Source of the DNA: Epithemia pelagica
Lineage: Eukaryota; Protista; Bacillariophyta
NCBI GenBank assembly: GCA_946965045.2
Contig: OX337231.1
Coordinates: 2,356,001 to 2,420,000, forward strand
Reading direction: 5' to 3'
DNA length: 64,000 nt
Position 1 is the stretch's first letter. Each line of letters starts with the position of its first letter. A program made the translations under genes and the position numbers. The notes below the pieces were generated by a model. That model had not been told where the DNA came from. It made no database searches and saw only the letters and a program-made list of their open reading frames with translations. Positions 1 to 11,770 of this stretch are shown one piece after another.

Positions 1-229
1 TTGAGGAGATCATCCATCCGGAATTGGCGAAGTGTCGTCATGGTTGCAGAGTGCAGAGACACAGAATTTGGCAAATCGATTTTTGAAAATGATTACTGAG
101 ACCGAAAGACTACCAAAACGCGACTAACCTTATCTTCTCTTTTTTCGACAGTCGTATTTTTTATTGATCAAAGTGCGCTTCTGACCATGGTAGAACTACG
201 ACCGGGCAACCTATGCTGAACCCGTAACA

Positions 230-2800
230 ATGGAAGATGACTGCTTTTCAATAGCGGACTCAAGCATAACCTCGGTTTCTCTCAATCCTACGTATTCAGA
301 AGAAGATCGGGAGGGTATTTCATTGTTGCGGCAAATTTTTACGGACGAACCTGTTGAAGAACTGCGAAGAATTCATCAGTCTCGCTTACAGCGTGTATCC
401 ACCAGTCAAGATGAAATGTCGACTGACCAAGCTTCAGCGGATGAGGAAAGAAAAGGACGAGGGGCGATGAACATTGAAAGATTTGATTTGCCAGATGATT
501 TCTTGAGATTGCCTTCGTCTGTTGCTGTTCTTCGATACCAAGGTGAGACAAGGAACGGCGTCAGCAAGCAATCCGTTTACCGTTACGAATCGCTCTCTGT
601 TATGCAGCAACGCATTATGCAACAAATCAACTCCAAAAGCTATCCGAATCATCTCGGTGAAATTGCTGGTTTGAGTGAGAGGCTGTTTCTGTCTCGTCCG
701 GAAGCTCAAGTATTCACGAGGGCTGTGGTTCGCAATGCCCAGATTGGTCTGGGAATGACCCTGCATTATGAGAATAACGTCGTCAAGGTACACTCTGTTG
801 CAGCAACGATTGGTGATTCAGATTCTTTTGCACGGTCGGAAACTCAAGTTGGTCCAGCCATGCACGCTGGTATCAACCCTGACGATATTGTTCTTGGTTT
901 CAACGGCAACATCTTGACCAGCTACATAAATCGACAGGAGATTAGCGGAGATGATGTGCTGATAAATGTGGTTGAGGTAATTCGGAGCTCTCCAGATCCA
1001 GTCGTCGTTCATGTTTGCAGAATTCCTGTGAAGGAAAAGCACACGCAACCTGGCATTAACTTTTCGGGTGCTTCATTGCTGGATGAGACTGTACTGGACT
1101 CTTCTACAGATGATATCGACACAAAACCGAATATGGCGAGGGGCCGTCCAGAGCACCCACCAATATGGTCCACTCCCTCTTTTGGACAGAATGGAGAGCC
1201 TCAGATTCACGGACTCATCAATCTCTTGTCGTCCCGAGGCTTGGTCCCTTCTAGCGAAGAGGCCTTGGATCTGAGTGCGGCAATGGCCAGATTCAATGAG
1301 CGTGCGTGGGAAATGGAATCTTTCTCCTCGCTTCGGCTGAATCACGGGCGATCTGGGAAGATCAATGATACATTGATCCCTTTGGTTGGCGTTCGAAAGG
1401 CTCTCAGTGTACGAATTGTCAACTACTTTACAGAAGGCAATCGAACGGCCTATACAATATGGGTCTATGACGTTGAATCCGGACAGGAATGGTACGCCCC
1501 CGTTCGCTACTTTGAAGACTTTGCCGACCTTCGACATGCTGCGGCAGGTCTGATTCCACGGTTTGGGAAGCTGCCCTTTCCTCGACAGACCAAGTCGATT
1601 TTTGGCAGTCCTCGCTCCAATACACCCGCCTTGTTGGAAAGTCGATGCTGGCAACTCGAAAAGTTTCTCCGTGCTCTGTGCAGCTCCCTTTATGATCATG
1701 AACTCCATGCTTCCACGGGCGAAGTCGCGATACATGTCCAATCATTCTTGGGTTGCGAGACCGTGAAATTCCATCCTGTTGTCGGATACGAGTCCCGGGA
1801 CGAGACGACTTCCAACCTTGATCTAAGCATGAAGAATGCCTTGAAACGAAGTTTTCAGTTCTACACTTATCGCGTATTCCTGCTAAAGCCATTGGCGTAT
1901 ATTGTGGATGATTTTGTGGAGAACATGCGGCAGAAATGTCCGTCACTTCAAGATCTTGAAGGCATTGAGTCTCAAGGAGTAGCTACCCTCCAGCAAATGG
2001 CAGTTAAGGATTTGGCTACACTTGAAAAGTTTTTGGATTTTCTTCAGTCTACCATTCTCGAAGGATGTACAGATGACTTTCGTTCCATCACCATGCACGA
2101 AACGTTCTCGTCCCTTGTTTATAGCGGGTGCTTTCATGGTAAGAAAGGAGAGATTGCGTGGAACGCCTTGGTTCGAGACGCGGTGCGGGAGCAGGTAGAA
2201 GTGGAAGCTTATGTTCCACTCCGCAGCGTTGTTTCGCGTTGGTTGGTGAACGGCTGGCGTCACGAAGACATGGAGGTTCACTTCAAAATCAACGAGCTTC
2301 GCAAACGGCCGGTTTCCTATTTCAGCAATGTACCTCCCGTCGATGGTGGACCGGATACATGGCTGTCCGTCTCCGCCATTCTCAAAGAAAATGTCGAACG
2401 AAGTACCTTGCCCTGTGCCAAGCTCCGTGCCATTGTGGAGGCGGCAAGAGAAATTTCTCGGATCTGTACAAACATGAATGAACGTTTACGGAAGAAAGCT
2501 GCTTGTGAAGATCATTCAGACGGAAATCGAAACGAAATGGAAGAACATTTCATAAAGCAACTTGGAGCCGATCAGTTCCTGCCAATCTTGATCTACTGCG
2601 TGGTCATGGCATCCATTGAACGTCCCTGTGCCTTGTGCGTCCTCCTTCGGTCCTTGTGCGACAAGGTTTCAAAAATTGGAGAAGTGGGCTATTACTTCGC
2701 TTCATTCGAGGCATCGGTCGTTCATATACGGGACTTTGACTTGACTGAACACTCGGAACATATGCGCTCGTTTGTGTCCGTCAATCTAGACGCAGATTGA
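230..2800 (+). CDS. PDZ-PX-VPS9 domain protein (putative Rab5-family GEF), 856 aa
   Basis: Single-exon ORF. PDZ-like segment (GLGMTLHYENNVVKVHSV...GPAMHAGINPDDIVLGFNG), PX-like segment (YTIWVYDV...VRYFEDFADL...LPFP...RCWQLEKFL) and VPS9 signature (PCAKLRAI...GADQFLPILIYCVV...GEVGYYFASFEASV). Confidence 0.85.
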   Translation: MEDDCFSIADSSITSVSLNPTYSEEDREGISLLRQIFTDEPVEELRRIHQSRLQRVSTSQDEMSTDQASADEERKGRGAMNIERFDLPDDFLRLPSSVAVLRYQGETRNGVSKQSVYRYESLSVMQQRIMQQINSKSYPNHLGEIAGLSERLFLSRPEAQVFTRAVVRNAQIGLGMTLHYENNVVKVHSVAATIGDSDSFARSETQVGPAMHAGINPDDIVLGFNGNILTSYINRQEISGDDVLINVVEVIRSSPDPVVVHVCRIPVKEKHTQPGINFSGASLLDETVLDSSTDDIDTKPNMARGRPEHPPIWSTPSFGQNGEPQIHGLINLLSSRGLVPSSEEALDLSAAMARFNERAWEMESFSSLRLNHGRSGKINDTLIPLVGVRKALSVRIVNYFTEGNRTAYTIWVYDVESGQEWYAPVRYFEDFADLRHAAAGLIPRFGKLPFPRQTKSIFGSPRSNTPALLESRCWQLEKFLRALCSSLYDHELHASTGEVAIHVQSFLGCETVKFHPVVGYESRDETTSNLDLSMKNALKRSFQFYTYRVFLLKPLAYIVDDFVENMRQKCPSLQDLEGIESQGVATLQQMAVKDLATLEKFLDFLQSTILEGCTDDFRSITMHETFSSLVYSGCFHGKKGEIAWNALVRDAVREQVEVEAYVPLRSVVSRWLVNGWRHEDMEVHFKINELRKRPVSYFSNVPPVDGGPDTWLSVSAILKENVERSTLPCAKLRAIVEAAREISRICTNMNERLRKKAACEDHSDGNRNEMEEHFIKQLGADQFLPILIYCVVMASIERPCALCVLLRSLCDKVSKIGEVGYYFASFEASVVHIRDFDLTEHSEHMRSFVSVNLDAD

Positions 2801-3533
2801 TGGGTATTCAACATGACGGGACTCGAAGAAGTTCACTGTGTGCCCCTGTTTCGTGAAATACCTTCAACGAATGTATGTGAACGACGGTTCATCATTCCTC
2901 AATGACTTTGAGCAATGTTACGAGAGATGATTCGGAGGTATCAAATCTATCTGGATTGGATAAGTGGTACACCTATATTCTGTGCCATTCCCGTCTCGAT
3001 CATTGTACCCCCACACTATGAGGTTCGATCCGTTCGGAACGGAATCGTTTCTTTGTGTATGCCAAAGAGAATTACTGGAAGGTAGTTCCCTTTGTCTCTT
3101 TAAAATCGTGAGATTAATGACTCTTTTTGGAGTAGTAACTACGAATCGCATCGTACATGGAAAATAGATTGACATCGACTACTACAATAATGTATACTTC
3201 ACTCCCTTCCGACTTCAGTTTCCGATCCATTAGCCAAACGGAGAGCAGCAACAAAAGCTGCGTTTTGAGAGTACTCTGAATGCGCCATTGACAGTAAGTC
3301 TTCGCATAGGTAGCCCTCCGACATTTGCATGGCCTGTTCAACCAAGACCGTCTCTTTTGCCATTGTGCGGTTGGAACGCCGGTCCAGGGTTTCAATCGTT
3401 GTCCCTACTCTTGGTCCTTGTTGATAGCCAATGGGTGCTTCTTTGATACGGAATCGGTTCCGTCATCTGTACAGGTACCAGATAATTTAACTACCACAAC
3501 GAGCTTCGAGAAAAGATGGTTCGCCAAGAGTGT

Positions 3534-4478
3534 CTACCTCAAAAGCTCCATGATACCACTCCTCGCATGCAGCAATATCCCACTTCCAAGACTCGCGTGG
3601 TCCGAAACACAGCTATCTACCATCATTCGAGTAATTTCCTCTTCTCGAAGCTTTCGCTTTTTCCCAGCTCTAGATGCTTCTGTTTTGATCTCTTGCGCTG
3701 TCTTGGTTGTGCTTACAGACTCTGTATGGAGGGCAACTGCTTTGTTTCGGAAGATGTATGGTCCACCGCAAGACCCCGGAAAACCTCCATTTTGGTACGT
3801 GAGGGTTTTGGAACCAATCACTCCGACAGATGCTTCCTTTTGCATTACGTGACATGTATCAAACTCTAGATCGTCGAGAAACAATTGTAGAGGACAATGG
3901 TAAATGTGGATCTTTTCAAGAGTAGCAGGGGTAGGAATGTCCGACTTGGAAGTGGCTAGCGGAATGGCGAAGGGCAGCGCTGGAGCTCCGTCGTGAAGCT
4001 TTAAGGATGCCCAATCAACAGGAATATTGTATGTGTGCACAGTGACAAATCTTGTTGGCGATTCTGCTGAAATTTTTCCATCCGACAATCTTCTGACAAT
4101 TGTTGTGATCTTCAGGTCCAGGACCACCGAGTCGGCCTTTTCATCTCTCGACTTGACCACGACGTTGTGACATGCTGTCAACAAGAGCTTATCGGAAATT
4201 GCAAATGCTGTTCCGATCGGCTCGGCGTCCGTGTCTTCTCCCCGATACAGAATGAAGACTCCATCTGCGACGTTTATGTGCTGCTGCTGCTGTTGTTGCT
4301 GGTGGGAGACGAGCGAATCAAATTGCTGTTGCTGCTGGTCAAATAACGTGCGCAATTTGTGTATCTCATCCAAACCAAACCCATTGAACGCTTCCTCGGT
4401 CACCAGACGATCCTGCAGCCATCGCTTGAACTCCGGTCCATTCCTAGTATCGTCAACACGCTTCCAAGCAGAGGACAT
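3534..4478 (-). CDS. Trypsin/chymotrypsin-fold peptidase-like protein with Cys at the nucleophile position, 314 aa
   Basis: GTAFAIS..LLLTACHNVV (His), VDWASL (Asp) and GFPGSCGGP (TGC at 3770-3768) in the spacing of trypsin-like peptidases. Short helical N-terminal region followed by polyQ. Confidence 0.75.
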   Translation of the reverse strand: MSSAWKRVDDTRNGPEFKRWLQDRLVTEEAFNGFGLDEIHKLRTLFDQQQQQFDSLVSHQQQQQQQHINVADGVFILYRGEDTDAEPIGTAFAISDKLLLTACHNVVVKSRDEKADSVVLDLKITTIVRRLSDGKISAESPTRFVTVHTYNIPVDWASLKLHDGAPALPFAIPLATSKSDIPTPATLEKIHIYHCPLQLFLDDLEFDTCHVMQKEASVGVIGSKTLTYQNGGFPGSCGGPYIFRNKAVALHTESVSTTKTAQEIKTEASRAGKKRKLREEEITRMMVDSCVSDHASLGSGILLHARSGIMELLR

Positions 4479-4871
4479 GGGTGTTTGTTATTGCAATACG
4501 AAGAAATAAATGACAATCAAGAGCGACGGGGTCGTCGGAAAAGCGACTGTTAAGGTATGACGAATGAAAGGTGACTACTTCCTAGCGATGAGTGAGACAA
4601 GGAGAATCAATAAATATATTGAGGGACAGACTATAGAATTCTCACATTTGCTAGGGAGTAAAAAAGTGCTGGGACTCGAAGGACTAGTCCCCAGCGGGGA
4701 AGTAATTTCCTTGACACTACACACTCAAAGATACCCACTCTGGGGGGTACTGAGAGGACATGGTCTGGTAATAATTGGGGGGCTCCATCAATCGGAACCC
4801 CTCATTTCCGATTCCGATACCCCGAAAACGTTTTTTGTCTCGCAATCGTGGAGCATCCCAGCCTATCAACC

Positions 4872-7355
4872 ATGACGTCTTCGGGCCAAGTGATTGAACT
4901 GTCTGTTGAAGAAACAAACAAGCTTCGATCGAAACTCGGATTGGCACCCTTACGTGGTGTTACTTCAGAACCAGGGGAGGTAGCATCTCGTGCTACGGAT
5001 CGCAGTAGTGCTCATGATGATGCGCCGCTGTCATCCCAAGAACGCAACCGTGAACCCCGAGGAGGATCCAAAGACGATGATGTTGTATTAGAGCTTAGTG
5101 TGAGTGAGACGAATAAGTTGCGAGAAAAACTGGGACTGGCGCCTCTGTGTGAAGGAAATGATTCCAGTACATCCCAACAACAAGACAGGCATGCTCCAGC
5201 ACCCAATCAGGGTGATTTGCAAGCCGCTGCGGATCGCATCGAAAAGTCGAAATTGAAACGAGAGGTCGAACAGCGAATTGAGAAACAATTTAAGGGATCT
5301 TCACTTGCAGTAGACAGTCATCAAGATGGGGAAACAGAGGGATCTTCTTCGCTCTTGTCTTGGGCCAAACAAATGCGACAACAACCAAAACAACAGCACG
5401 ATAAAACAAAGCCAAAGGGGTCAAAGCCAGGTACTTCGACGAAGCAAGAATACACAGAAAAAGACCTAAAAGGAATGAATGTTGCTCATTCCATGCACGA
5501 AATCCAAGGAGGAAGCTCTGTCGTTCTTACGCTGGCGGACACTGAAATTCTCGATGTCCATGACACGTCCAAAAAAGTGTTGGGATTAAATAGAGAAGAA
5601 AGCGCCTTGGAGAATGTCAATTTGGCCGAGGAGCAAAAACAGAGAGACGGATTGAGAGAGAAACGACAGGTCGAATTGGGAATGGGCCGTGCTGGTGGAT
5701 ACGCTGGATTTGATGACGATGAATTTCTGGAACTGGGTGGAACACAAGGTCCCTCTCGCGCCGCCCGCGTCGATGGTCCCAAACAGGAAATGATGGAGGG
5801 AGGGTCCAAAAAGCGTCAGCGGAACAAGCATGCAGTTGGATTTCAGATTGGAGCCTTGCTCGATGAGCAAGATGAGCTTGCCACCGGCTCTGATTTGTTC
5901 GCCTCCCAGTCGGGCAAGGCCATTTCATTGGAGTCGTCTGCGCCGGAGCGCAGCACCGCTTCGGATTTTATGACGACGGAGGAAGATGACGAATTGAATG
6001 CCACGAAGAAGAAAAAGAAAAGTTCAAAATTCAAAAAGAAAAAGAAGGAGAAAAAAGACAAGGAGAAACGGAAACATCGCAGGCAGCAATCGGAAGCCTA
6101 TGAGGAAGACCCCGATGACTCTGTGCCTCCCCGAACGACGGAAAACTCTCTTTTGGCGGATCTTGAGCAAGCTGCCCAAATTCAAGGAACGTTGGTCTTA
6201 CCACGTAAGCGTCGGCTGGCGGATGATGACAATGACAACCATGATTCCGAACAACGTGGCACTTTGGGTGAGGAAGATGGAGAAACCGACAAGTCCAACC
6301 GATACGCCACTATCATGGAGAAAGGCAATGAACGCACGAGGCAGGCTTTTGCAGAAAAGAAGCAACGCAAGGTAGAAGCCATGGATGAGGAAGAGGAACC
6401 GGATGATGCGTTTTTGAATGCAGCTCTTGCCAAGGCACGAAGGTTGAATCGACTCAAAGAAATGGCCTCGGAAAAGAAGGATTTGTTGTTGGGAGAAGAT
6501 GCCATTGTGGAAGCCGTTCAGTCTGCCCCAACGGTATCTCCTACACAGGAAACAGAAGAAGGGGATGGAGGCACAAAACTTGTCTTTGCTGTCGATGAAA
6601 CGAGAGAATTCACACGGGCCCTTCGCGCTCGTCAAGAACAAAGTGAACGTGGCACCTATAAAGGCAAAGCGGCAACCGCGGTTGTCAAAGCGGAACAAAC
6701 AGACGAACGAATGGACGAAGACGTTCCTCGTATCAAACAAGAGGAGGACGAAGACGACCTCGACAAAGACCCTGGTATGGACGCTACAGAAATGGCGCAA
6801 CTCGCCGAGCAAATCAAGGCGGCCACAGATGAGGAACTAGCCGACGAGAATGGGGCCATAGGAGGGCTCGACGGTACCACTGGATCTGCGGTTACTATGG
6901 GACGCGGTCTAGGAGGTGTACTGAACATTCTAAAGCAGACGGGGGAAATTACCCGAAAGAATGCGGGACGGGAAGAGCAGCGTGGCCGAGCCAAGGACGA
7001 ACGTACCTATGAAGATTATGAGGCAATGGATCTTTCCCAGGTGGTACAGATTGATGAGAGGACTGCCACGGCCAAAGACAAGGAATTGTCCAAACGAGAG
7101 ATTAAACTGGAGTATCGTGACAAGTATGGTCGCTTGTTGACGCGAAAAGATGCCTTTCGAGACTTGAGTTACCAGTTTCACGGATACACCAGCGGGAAGC
7201 GGAAACAGGAAAAGAAACTCCAACAAATTGCTCGCGAACAAGCCGAGCAGCGACTTTCCTCACGACAGGCCTCTTCGGAAGGTGGTACACTGGGAGCCCT
7301 CAAGGCGACGCAGCAAGCCACTGGCAAAGCCTTTATTGTCCACAAAACCACATAA
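4872..7355 (+). CDS. SART1: U4/U6.U5 tri-snRNP-associated protein 1 (SART1/Snu66)
   Basis: Two HIND motifs (LSVEETNKLRSKLGLAPL; LSVSETNKLREKLGLAPL), central VVLTLADTEIL/LENVNL, and C-terminal IKLEYRDKYGRLLTRKDAFRDLSYQFHG..SGKRKQEK. First in-frame ATG at 4872. Confidence 0.95.
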   Translation: MTSSGQVIELSVEETNKLRSKLGLAPLRGVTSEPGEVASRATDRSSAHDDAPLSSQERNREPRGGSKDDDVVLELSVSETNKLREKLGLAPLCEGNDSSTSQQQDRHAPAPNQGDLQAAADRIEKSKLKREVEQRIEKQFKGSSLAVDSHQDGETEGSSSLLSWAKQMRQQPKQQHDKTKPKGSKPGTSTKQEYTEKDLKGMNVAHSMHEIQGGSSVVLTLADTEILDVHDTSKKVLGLNREESALENVNLAEEQKQRDGLREKRQVELGMGRAGGYAGFDDDEFLELGGTQGPSRAARVDGPKQEMMEGGSKKRQRNKHAVGFQIGALLDEQDELATGSDLFASQSGKAISLESSAPERSTASDFMTTEEDDELNATKKKKKSSKFKKKKKEKKDKEKRKHRRQQSEAYEEDPDDSVPPRTTENSLLADLEQAAQIQGTLVLPRKRRLADDDNDNHDSEQRGTLGEEDGETDKSNRYATIMEKGNERTRQAFAEKKQRKVEAMDEEEEPDDAFLNAALAKARRLNRLKEMASEKKDLLLGEDAIVEAVQSAPTVSPTQETEEGDGGTKLVFAVDETREFTRALRARQEQSERGTYKGKAATAVVKAEQTDERMDEDVPRIKQEEDEDDLDKDPGMDATEMAQLAEQIKAATDEELADENGAIGGLDGTTGSAVTMGRGLGGVLNILKQTGEITRKNAGREEQRGRAKDERTYEDYEAMDLSQVVQIDERTATAKDKELSKREIKLEYRDKYGRLLTRKDAFRDLSYQFHGYTSGKRKQEKKLQQIAREQAEQRLSSRQASSEGGTLGALKATQQATGKAFIVHKTT

Positions 7356-7509
7356 CTTGGTGGATTGTCTCTTACGGAAGAAATTTCATGATTCATTTCT
7401 CGCAATCGCAGTCTTTTGCAGTCAGTGGGGGACCCAGCTTGAGGACAATATGTTGTTGGATAGGTAAGCCTCTCCGTTTGTTGTTTCCGAAAAGTTCTGT
7501 TAGCATTTC

Positions 7510-8932
7510 TCAACATGATTGGCTTCCTCCCTCGGCGGCCACTTGACGAGCTACAAGATCTGCCAGGGCGAGGCTACTAGTAAGACCCGGACTTTCGATC
7601 CCCAACAAATGAAAGAGTCCTTGGATTCCATGTTGTTGGGGTCCGGCCAGGATAAAATCATAAAAGGGTGGTTTGTTGTGTTTGTTGTGTTTGTTGTGTT
7701 TGTTGTTGTTGTTGTTGTGCATGTACTGTGGATGCCATAGTTTGGGTCGTATTCCGGCATAATCGGCCACCAAGGCTCCATCGGGCAACTCGGGCCAATA
7801 GGATCGAATCGACTGGTAAAATTCTTGCTCCACGCTAGGACTGGTCGTGGGGGTGTAATCCAGTTGGGTCGAAAAAACGCTGGTGCTTGGATCGAGCCAC
7901 TCCACATTGGGACCGAATTTGACTTGCCGATTGCGGGTATCAATCGTGGCATGGACCCCCAATCCTCCTCGTGCGTCATCGGGGACGGGGTAAATTAAGT
8001 GGTGAAAGGGCAGGGGACCTGCCGAGTGTTGCAACCGAAAGTAATTGCCTGTATTCACGAGAGTTGTGGATACACACGCATGGACATGCCGAGAAACGTG
8101 TTTGCCACACACTGTAAGAGAGAGAGAGAGATACAAATACCCAAGGACCCCTGTCCTTGCTCGTTGTCGTAGGCGGCGTACCTTTGGCAAAATAGTGTTT
8201 GGGTGGCGTCCAATCCGTGGTTGTTGTTGACGTTGTCGTCGTAGTATTTTGGGGGGAGTGACAATGGGCCGCCAAGTCGGCCGCTCCCAGACCGGCACAA
8301 TTCACCAGGGTTTGACAAGACAACCACCATGAATCTGCTGTAGTAGTAGCAGTAGAAGTCTCCTCCGTGACACGGAGATCGATACGGTTGTTCCGAGGTA
8401 CAATGTCCGAGACGGCCGTCTTGTAGACGGCAACGGCTCCCCGTTCTTGCGCATCGCCCAACAAGTGGAGCATGAACGTGTGCGAATCGACCAGGCCCGT
8501 TTCGGGAGACCACAGGGCACCACAGGTGGTGGTCAGGTTGGGTTCCATAGTCTGGACCGTTTCTGGCGTCACGAGTGAAAGTGTCGGGTACCCATTGCGA
8601 CGACCTTGTTCCAGCAAGGCCTTCAATGTGGGCAACTGACTCGGGTTGGTGGCCACCACCAATTTACCAATCTTGTCGCAATCAATGTGGCGTTGCTCAC
8701 AATACTCGTACAATAACTGTCGTCCTGGAACGCACGTCGTGGCCTTGAGACTGTTTGTGGGATAATAGAGACCGCCATGTACGACCTCACTGTTGCGAGA
8801 CGAGGTTTCGGTACCAAATGTGTGGGATCGCTCCACAATCATGACTTCCTTGCCCAACGACACAGCCAGACTTCGAGCGACCGCTAGTCCAATAACTCCA
8901 GCTCCAATCACAACCGCTTCTACCTTTTCCAT
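7510..8932 (-). CDS. L2HGDH: L-2-hydroxyglutarate dehydrogenase (FAD-dependent), 2 exons
   Basis: GAGVIGLA FAD motif, GTETSSRNSEVVHGGLYY, HLIYPVP...GLGVHATID, YAGIRPK, GIESPGLTSSLA. Exons 8932-8182 and 8048-7510; GT-AG intron 8181-8049 restores YFAKGNYF. Confidence 0.92.
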
Positions 8933-9482
8933 GGTGGTGGTAGGGTGCTAGTGCTTCTCATTTCTGTTTTCGTACTCTTTCAAAGAATCCAATCACTCGC
9001 CTCATTTTTTTGTGGTCGGACGAGATCTTGTCTTTTGCAAGCGGTTAAAAATTGGTTAAATCTTTTTCTCCTACTCCTCAACTCGATCGAAAGATCCACA
9101 GTACGTAACATGGATTGATCCAAAAACTCTTTGGTTCCGCTGGGGTGTGAGGACACGAAGCGAGACATGTCTGTCTTCGCGTTGACGGTTCTTACCGTTC
9201 CACGATGAGATGAGATGTGGTCAGTGAATGGATAGCAAGACTTTTTCTCAACGGTCAATAATCCACACAACTTGTACGACTTTGAAAAACCAAGGACAAG
9301 ACTCCGTTCATCCACACCAAGGCATTGCCAAGTACCGTTGACGTGGGACGAACCATTGCGATCGAATCTCACGACTTGGCTCGTTGTTGTAGTTAGTAGT
9401 TGTAAACACAAGCGAGTTTGGTGGTTGTGGCCAATCCTTTGAACGGCGAACCCAAGAAAAAGAAACAGAAGCAGACAAAATC

Positions 9483-11488
9483 ATGAACCCGTCTACGAGC
9501 AACAACAAGGTCAATGTGTATCAAATTGATTTCACGGCAGTGGCCAGTGGAAAACGAATTGCCAGTAGCAAACGACGAGTTAGATGGTACGACCCGACAA
9601 ACACCAATTGTGTGGCAGACGAGATTTTGCGATTGGGAACAAGGGGCAATAAAAGATTCAGTATGCACATCAAGCATCTTTGATACGGCCGTATCCACGA
9701 TTTTGGCATTCTTGATTTCCTTTTTTGTCTCTTGACCAAGTGTTTCTCACTCCTCATTACTCCTTGTTGTTGTTGAATTGTTCTTCCAGGCGCTTTGGCT
9801 TTGCCAATCCCGAAGCTCTTGTGGCGGGAGAAACTGGCACGGCTTGTCGGGGGGAAGAGCACGATGTGACCTTGGTGTGGAGTGTGACGTCGGGCAAACG
9901 ATTGATCTTGGCCGATGGTCAAGAAGTCCATTATTCCAACAGTCGCAGTCCCATTTTTGATTTTTCTTGGACCATGCGTGGCAATCATGTTCTCAAAATT
10001 GTCGCTCATGCGTCTCCCCCCATGAGTCCGACGCCCGGCTGGCGTCAATACGATTTCTTTGTCGATGGACAATCCTTTTTTATTTTCCCCAAGGTGTATC
10101 GGTTGGGATTAGCTCCCAACGATCCCCGAGCTGCCCAAGGTGCTCGCAATAACACTCGATTGGCCGAACGTGGAGAACGATACACCACCGGTCCACCCGG
10201 TGCTGCTACTGGAGCAGGAGGCAAGAGTGAAATTGCCAATTTGGAGGCACCGAGTAATCCTCATGAAGAAGAAGCCTATTTGCAAGAAGCCATTCGTCAA
10301 TCCCTGGAAGATGACAAGGCAGCGGCGGCTGGTGGTGGATCGGGAGGAGGAGGTGGTGGTGGTGGTGGTGATCTCTTGGATTTTGGCAGTGCTCCGGCAT
10401 TGCCTCCTTCCACCACGGCGGCTCCTGCCGCCGCCGATCCAGGCATGTTTGCAGCCCCTGCCTTGCCTCCTTCCACCACGGCGACAGCTCCCTACGCTGC
10501 AGCACCTGCCGCTCCCGCTGCGTATTCCTATGCACCACAACCGGCTGCTCCCCTGGCCGCCTTGCCGGCCCCTGTACCTGCTGCTGCTGCTGCCAATCCC
10601 TATGCCCCTCAGCCCGTTGCCGCACCATCCTTTGCGGCTGCTCCCGTTCCTCCTCCTGTCCAAACGGGAGGCCTCGAGGGTCTGCCTCCTCAGCAATTTG
10701 TGACTCCTCAAGCCCAACAAACACCGTCCAGTATTGGATTTTCCTCCCCTCCCGCCGATGTTTCCGGGTTTACGCCGCAACCACCACCCGCTGCTACGGC
10801 ACCGGCTCCCGTAGCAGTGGAACCGGCCGCACCCGCTCCACCTGCGGCGGCACAACCTACGTTGACCATGAATACCTTGAGTGGAGAAGAAGGTCTCTTG
10901 GGTGGAACCAACTCGGCGACGACGAGTGGTTCCATGGCCGATCAAGCCTATGCCAAACTCGTCAATATGGATACCTTTTCCTTGGGAAATCCGTCCTCTC
11001 AAAACACGAAACGAGACAACCCGTTTGAAAACGCCGCCGCCAACAGTTTCGTTGGAGGCACGCAGTCCTTGGCCGATCTCCAATCCAAAAAAGACTCTTC
11101 GTCTTCCAGTGGAACCAAGGAAGTCATGAAGGCAGCGCCCGATGCTTTGGTGGTCTCGTCGACGCAAAATGGAAGTTGGGGAGGCCAATATGGTGGTGCT
11201 ATGCAACAGCAGCCACAAATGGGCTATGGACGAGGAATGCAACCACAACAACCACAGCCAATGTACGGAGGAGGAATGCAACAGCCACAAATGGGCTATG
11301 GCGGAGGCATGCAACAACCAGCACCCGCCTTTGGACAACAACAACAACAACCTCCGCCGCTGGGAGGAGGAATGGGTGGTCCTCCTCCCTTGCAACAACC
11401 AGGGTTTGGTGGTGGCTTTGGTCAACCACAGCAACCACCAGCCTTTGGATATGGACAACCACAGCAACAACCTGGAGCCTATCCGTAA
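9483..11488 (+). CDS. FAIM-like beta-domain protein with UIM, DLLDF and NPF motifs and a Pro/Gln/Gly-rich tail, 2 exons
   Basis: Exons 9483-9586 and 9790-11488 (GT-AG intron 9587-9789 gives RVRWRFGFAN). WSVTSGKRLILADGQEV resembles FAIM EHGTTSGKRVVYVDGKE; UIM-like EEEAYLQEAIRQSLED. Confidence 0.7.
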
Positions 11489-11770
11489 CCAAGAAAACTC
11501 GTGGAAGTATGGTCTCATTCTTTGTCGTCGCGCCTCTCCTGTTTCGTGTCCCCCCTCGTTTTGCTTTTTTCTCTGGTAAAGCGTAGAATCCTCACCCCCA
11601 CAATACTCAAACGTCTACCGGCTTTGTAGGACTGCGCTTGCAATGTAGGTAGTTTCGCTAGGCTTTGTGTTTCTATCCGAATGTTTACTTGTTAGTTTGC
11701 CGGACTATCGGCCTTTTCGCTACATATGGTCATCACAAGACATGTTTCTTGAATGCTTGGAATAGTCTCA

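Noticed and set aside
4872-5150. Two HIND motifs in SART1
   Set aside because: Tandem HINDs are already known (yeast Snu66); not novel.
8980-9411. 143-aa minus-strand ORF
   Set aside because: Non-ATG start, no recognisable motif, and it lies in the shared upstream region of two divergent genes.
10109-11518. 469-aa minus-strand ORF
   Set aside because: Antisense shadow of the low-complexity plus-strand gene.
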